A DNA stretch of 64,000 nt from Carcharhinus amblyrhynchos (Eukaryota). How positions within the stretch are numbered: the first letter of the stretch is position 1; every line of letters starts with the position of its first letter. The notes beneath the pieces were generated by a model. That model saw nothing but the letters and a program-made list of their open reading frames with translations. It was not told the origin of the DNA and made no database searches. Shown here in pieces: positions 63,547 to 64,000 of this stretch. The DNA lies in NCBI GenBank assembly GCA_965287045.1, contig OZ336882.1, positions 43,462,001 through 43,526,000 of the forward strand, given 5' to 3'. The position numbers were made by a program, and so were the translations under genes.

Positions 63547-63787
63547 ACACATAAGTCTCACAATACCGCGTTAAAGTCCAACAGGTTTATTTGGTAGCAA
63601 ACACCGCTAGCTTTTGGGGCTCTGTTCCTTTGTCACCTGATGAAAGAGACTGACAAAGGGGCAGAGCCCCGAAAGCTAGTAGCGTTTGCTACCAAATAAA
63701 GCTGTGGGACTTTAACCCAATGTTGTGAGACTTCTTACTGTGTTTATCCCAGTCCAATGCTGTCACCTCTACATCATGACTACCATC
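63547..63787. mobile_element. Hairpin (fold-back) Penelope-like remnant
   Basis: ~82-bp inverted arms 63553-63635 / 63651-63733 with a 15-nt spacer; 12-bp duplication GAAG(C/T)AGTGTGA (63535-63546, 63788-63799). Confidence 0.88.
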
Positions 63788-64000
63788 GAAGTAGTGTGAG
63801 ACAGAGAGTGGTCTTTTTCAACTAGACAATGTGTGACAATGAGGGGGAGGCATAGGAAAGCTTGAGAACATCAGAATGAATCCATAATGCTTGTAAGTTG
63901 AAGTAAGGACCATTTAAGCAGAGCTTCCCAAACTGGATTGCGACATCCAGGGATTACAAGTTGGGAACTCCAAGTCAACAAGGACTTCAATGCTTGGACT

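Overview
Eukaryotic, repeat-dense non-coding DNA, most likely intergenic or intronic sequence from a shark or ray (inferred from HE1/V-SINE-like and SacSINE1/Deu-like SINEs, CR1 LINEs and elasmobranch-type Penelope remnants). I recognise no intact host protein-coding gene. Every ORF I can assign is a decayed transposon fragment (CR1, L2, RTE, Rex1/Babar, Gypsy, PIF/Harbinger, Penelope). Three things stand out. (1) A complete ~316-bp TSD-flanked, poly(A)-tailed retroposon at 56862-57177 (-), built from two U2 snRNA-derived heads plus twin hairpins: a candidate U2-headed (SINEU-like) SINE. (2) Minimal hammerhead ribozyme motifs from three unrelated repeat families, each with a different palindromic stem III, several inside fold-back Penelope remnants. 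(3) A repeat-poor island at ~24.8-26.8 kb and one orphan candidate exon at 43974-44116. Repeat family names come from my recognition of motifs, not database searches, and many boundaries are approximate.
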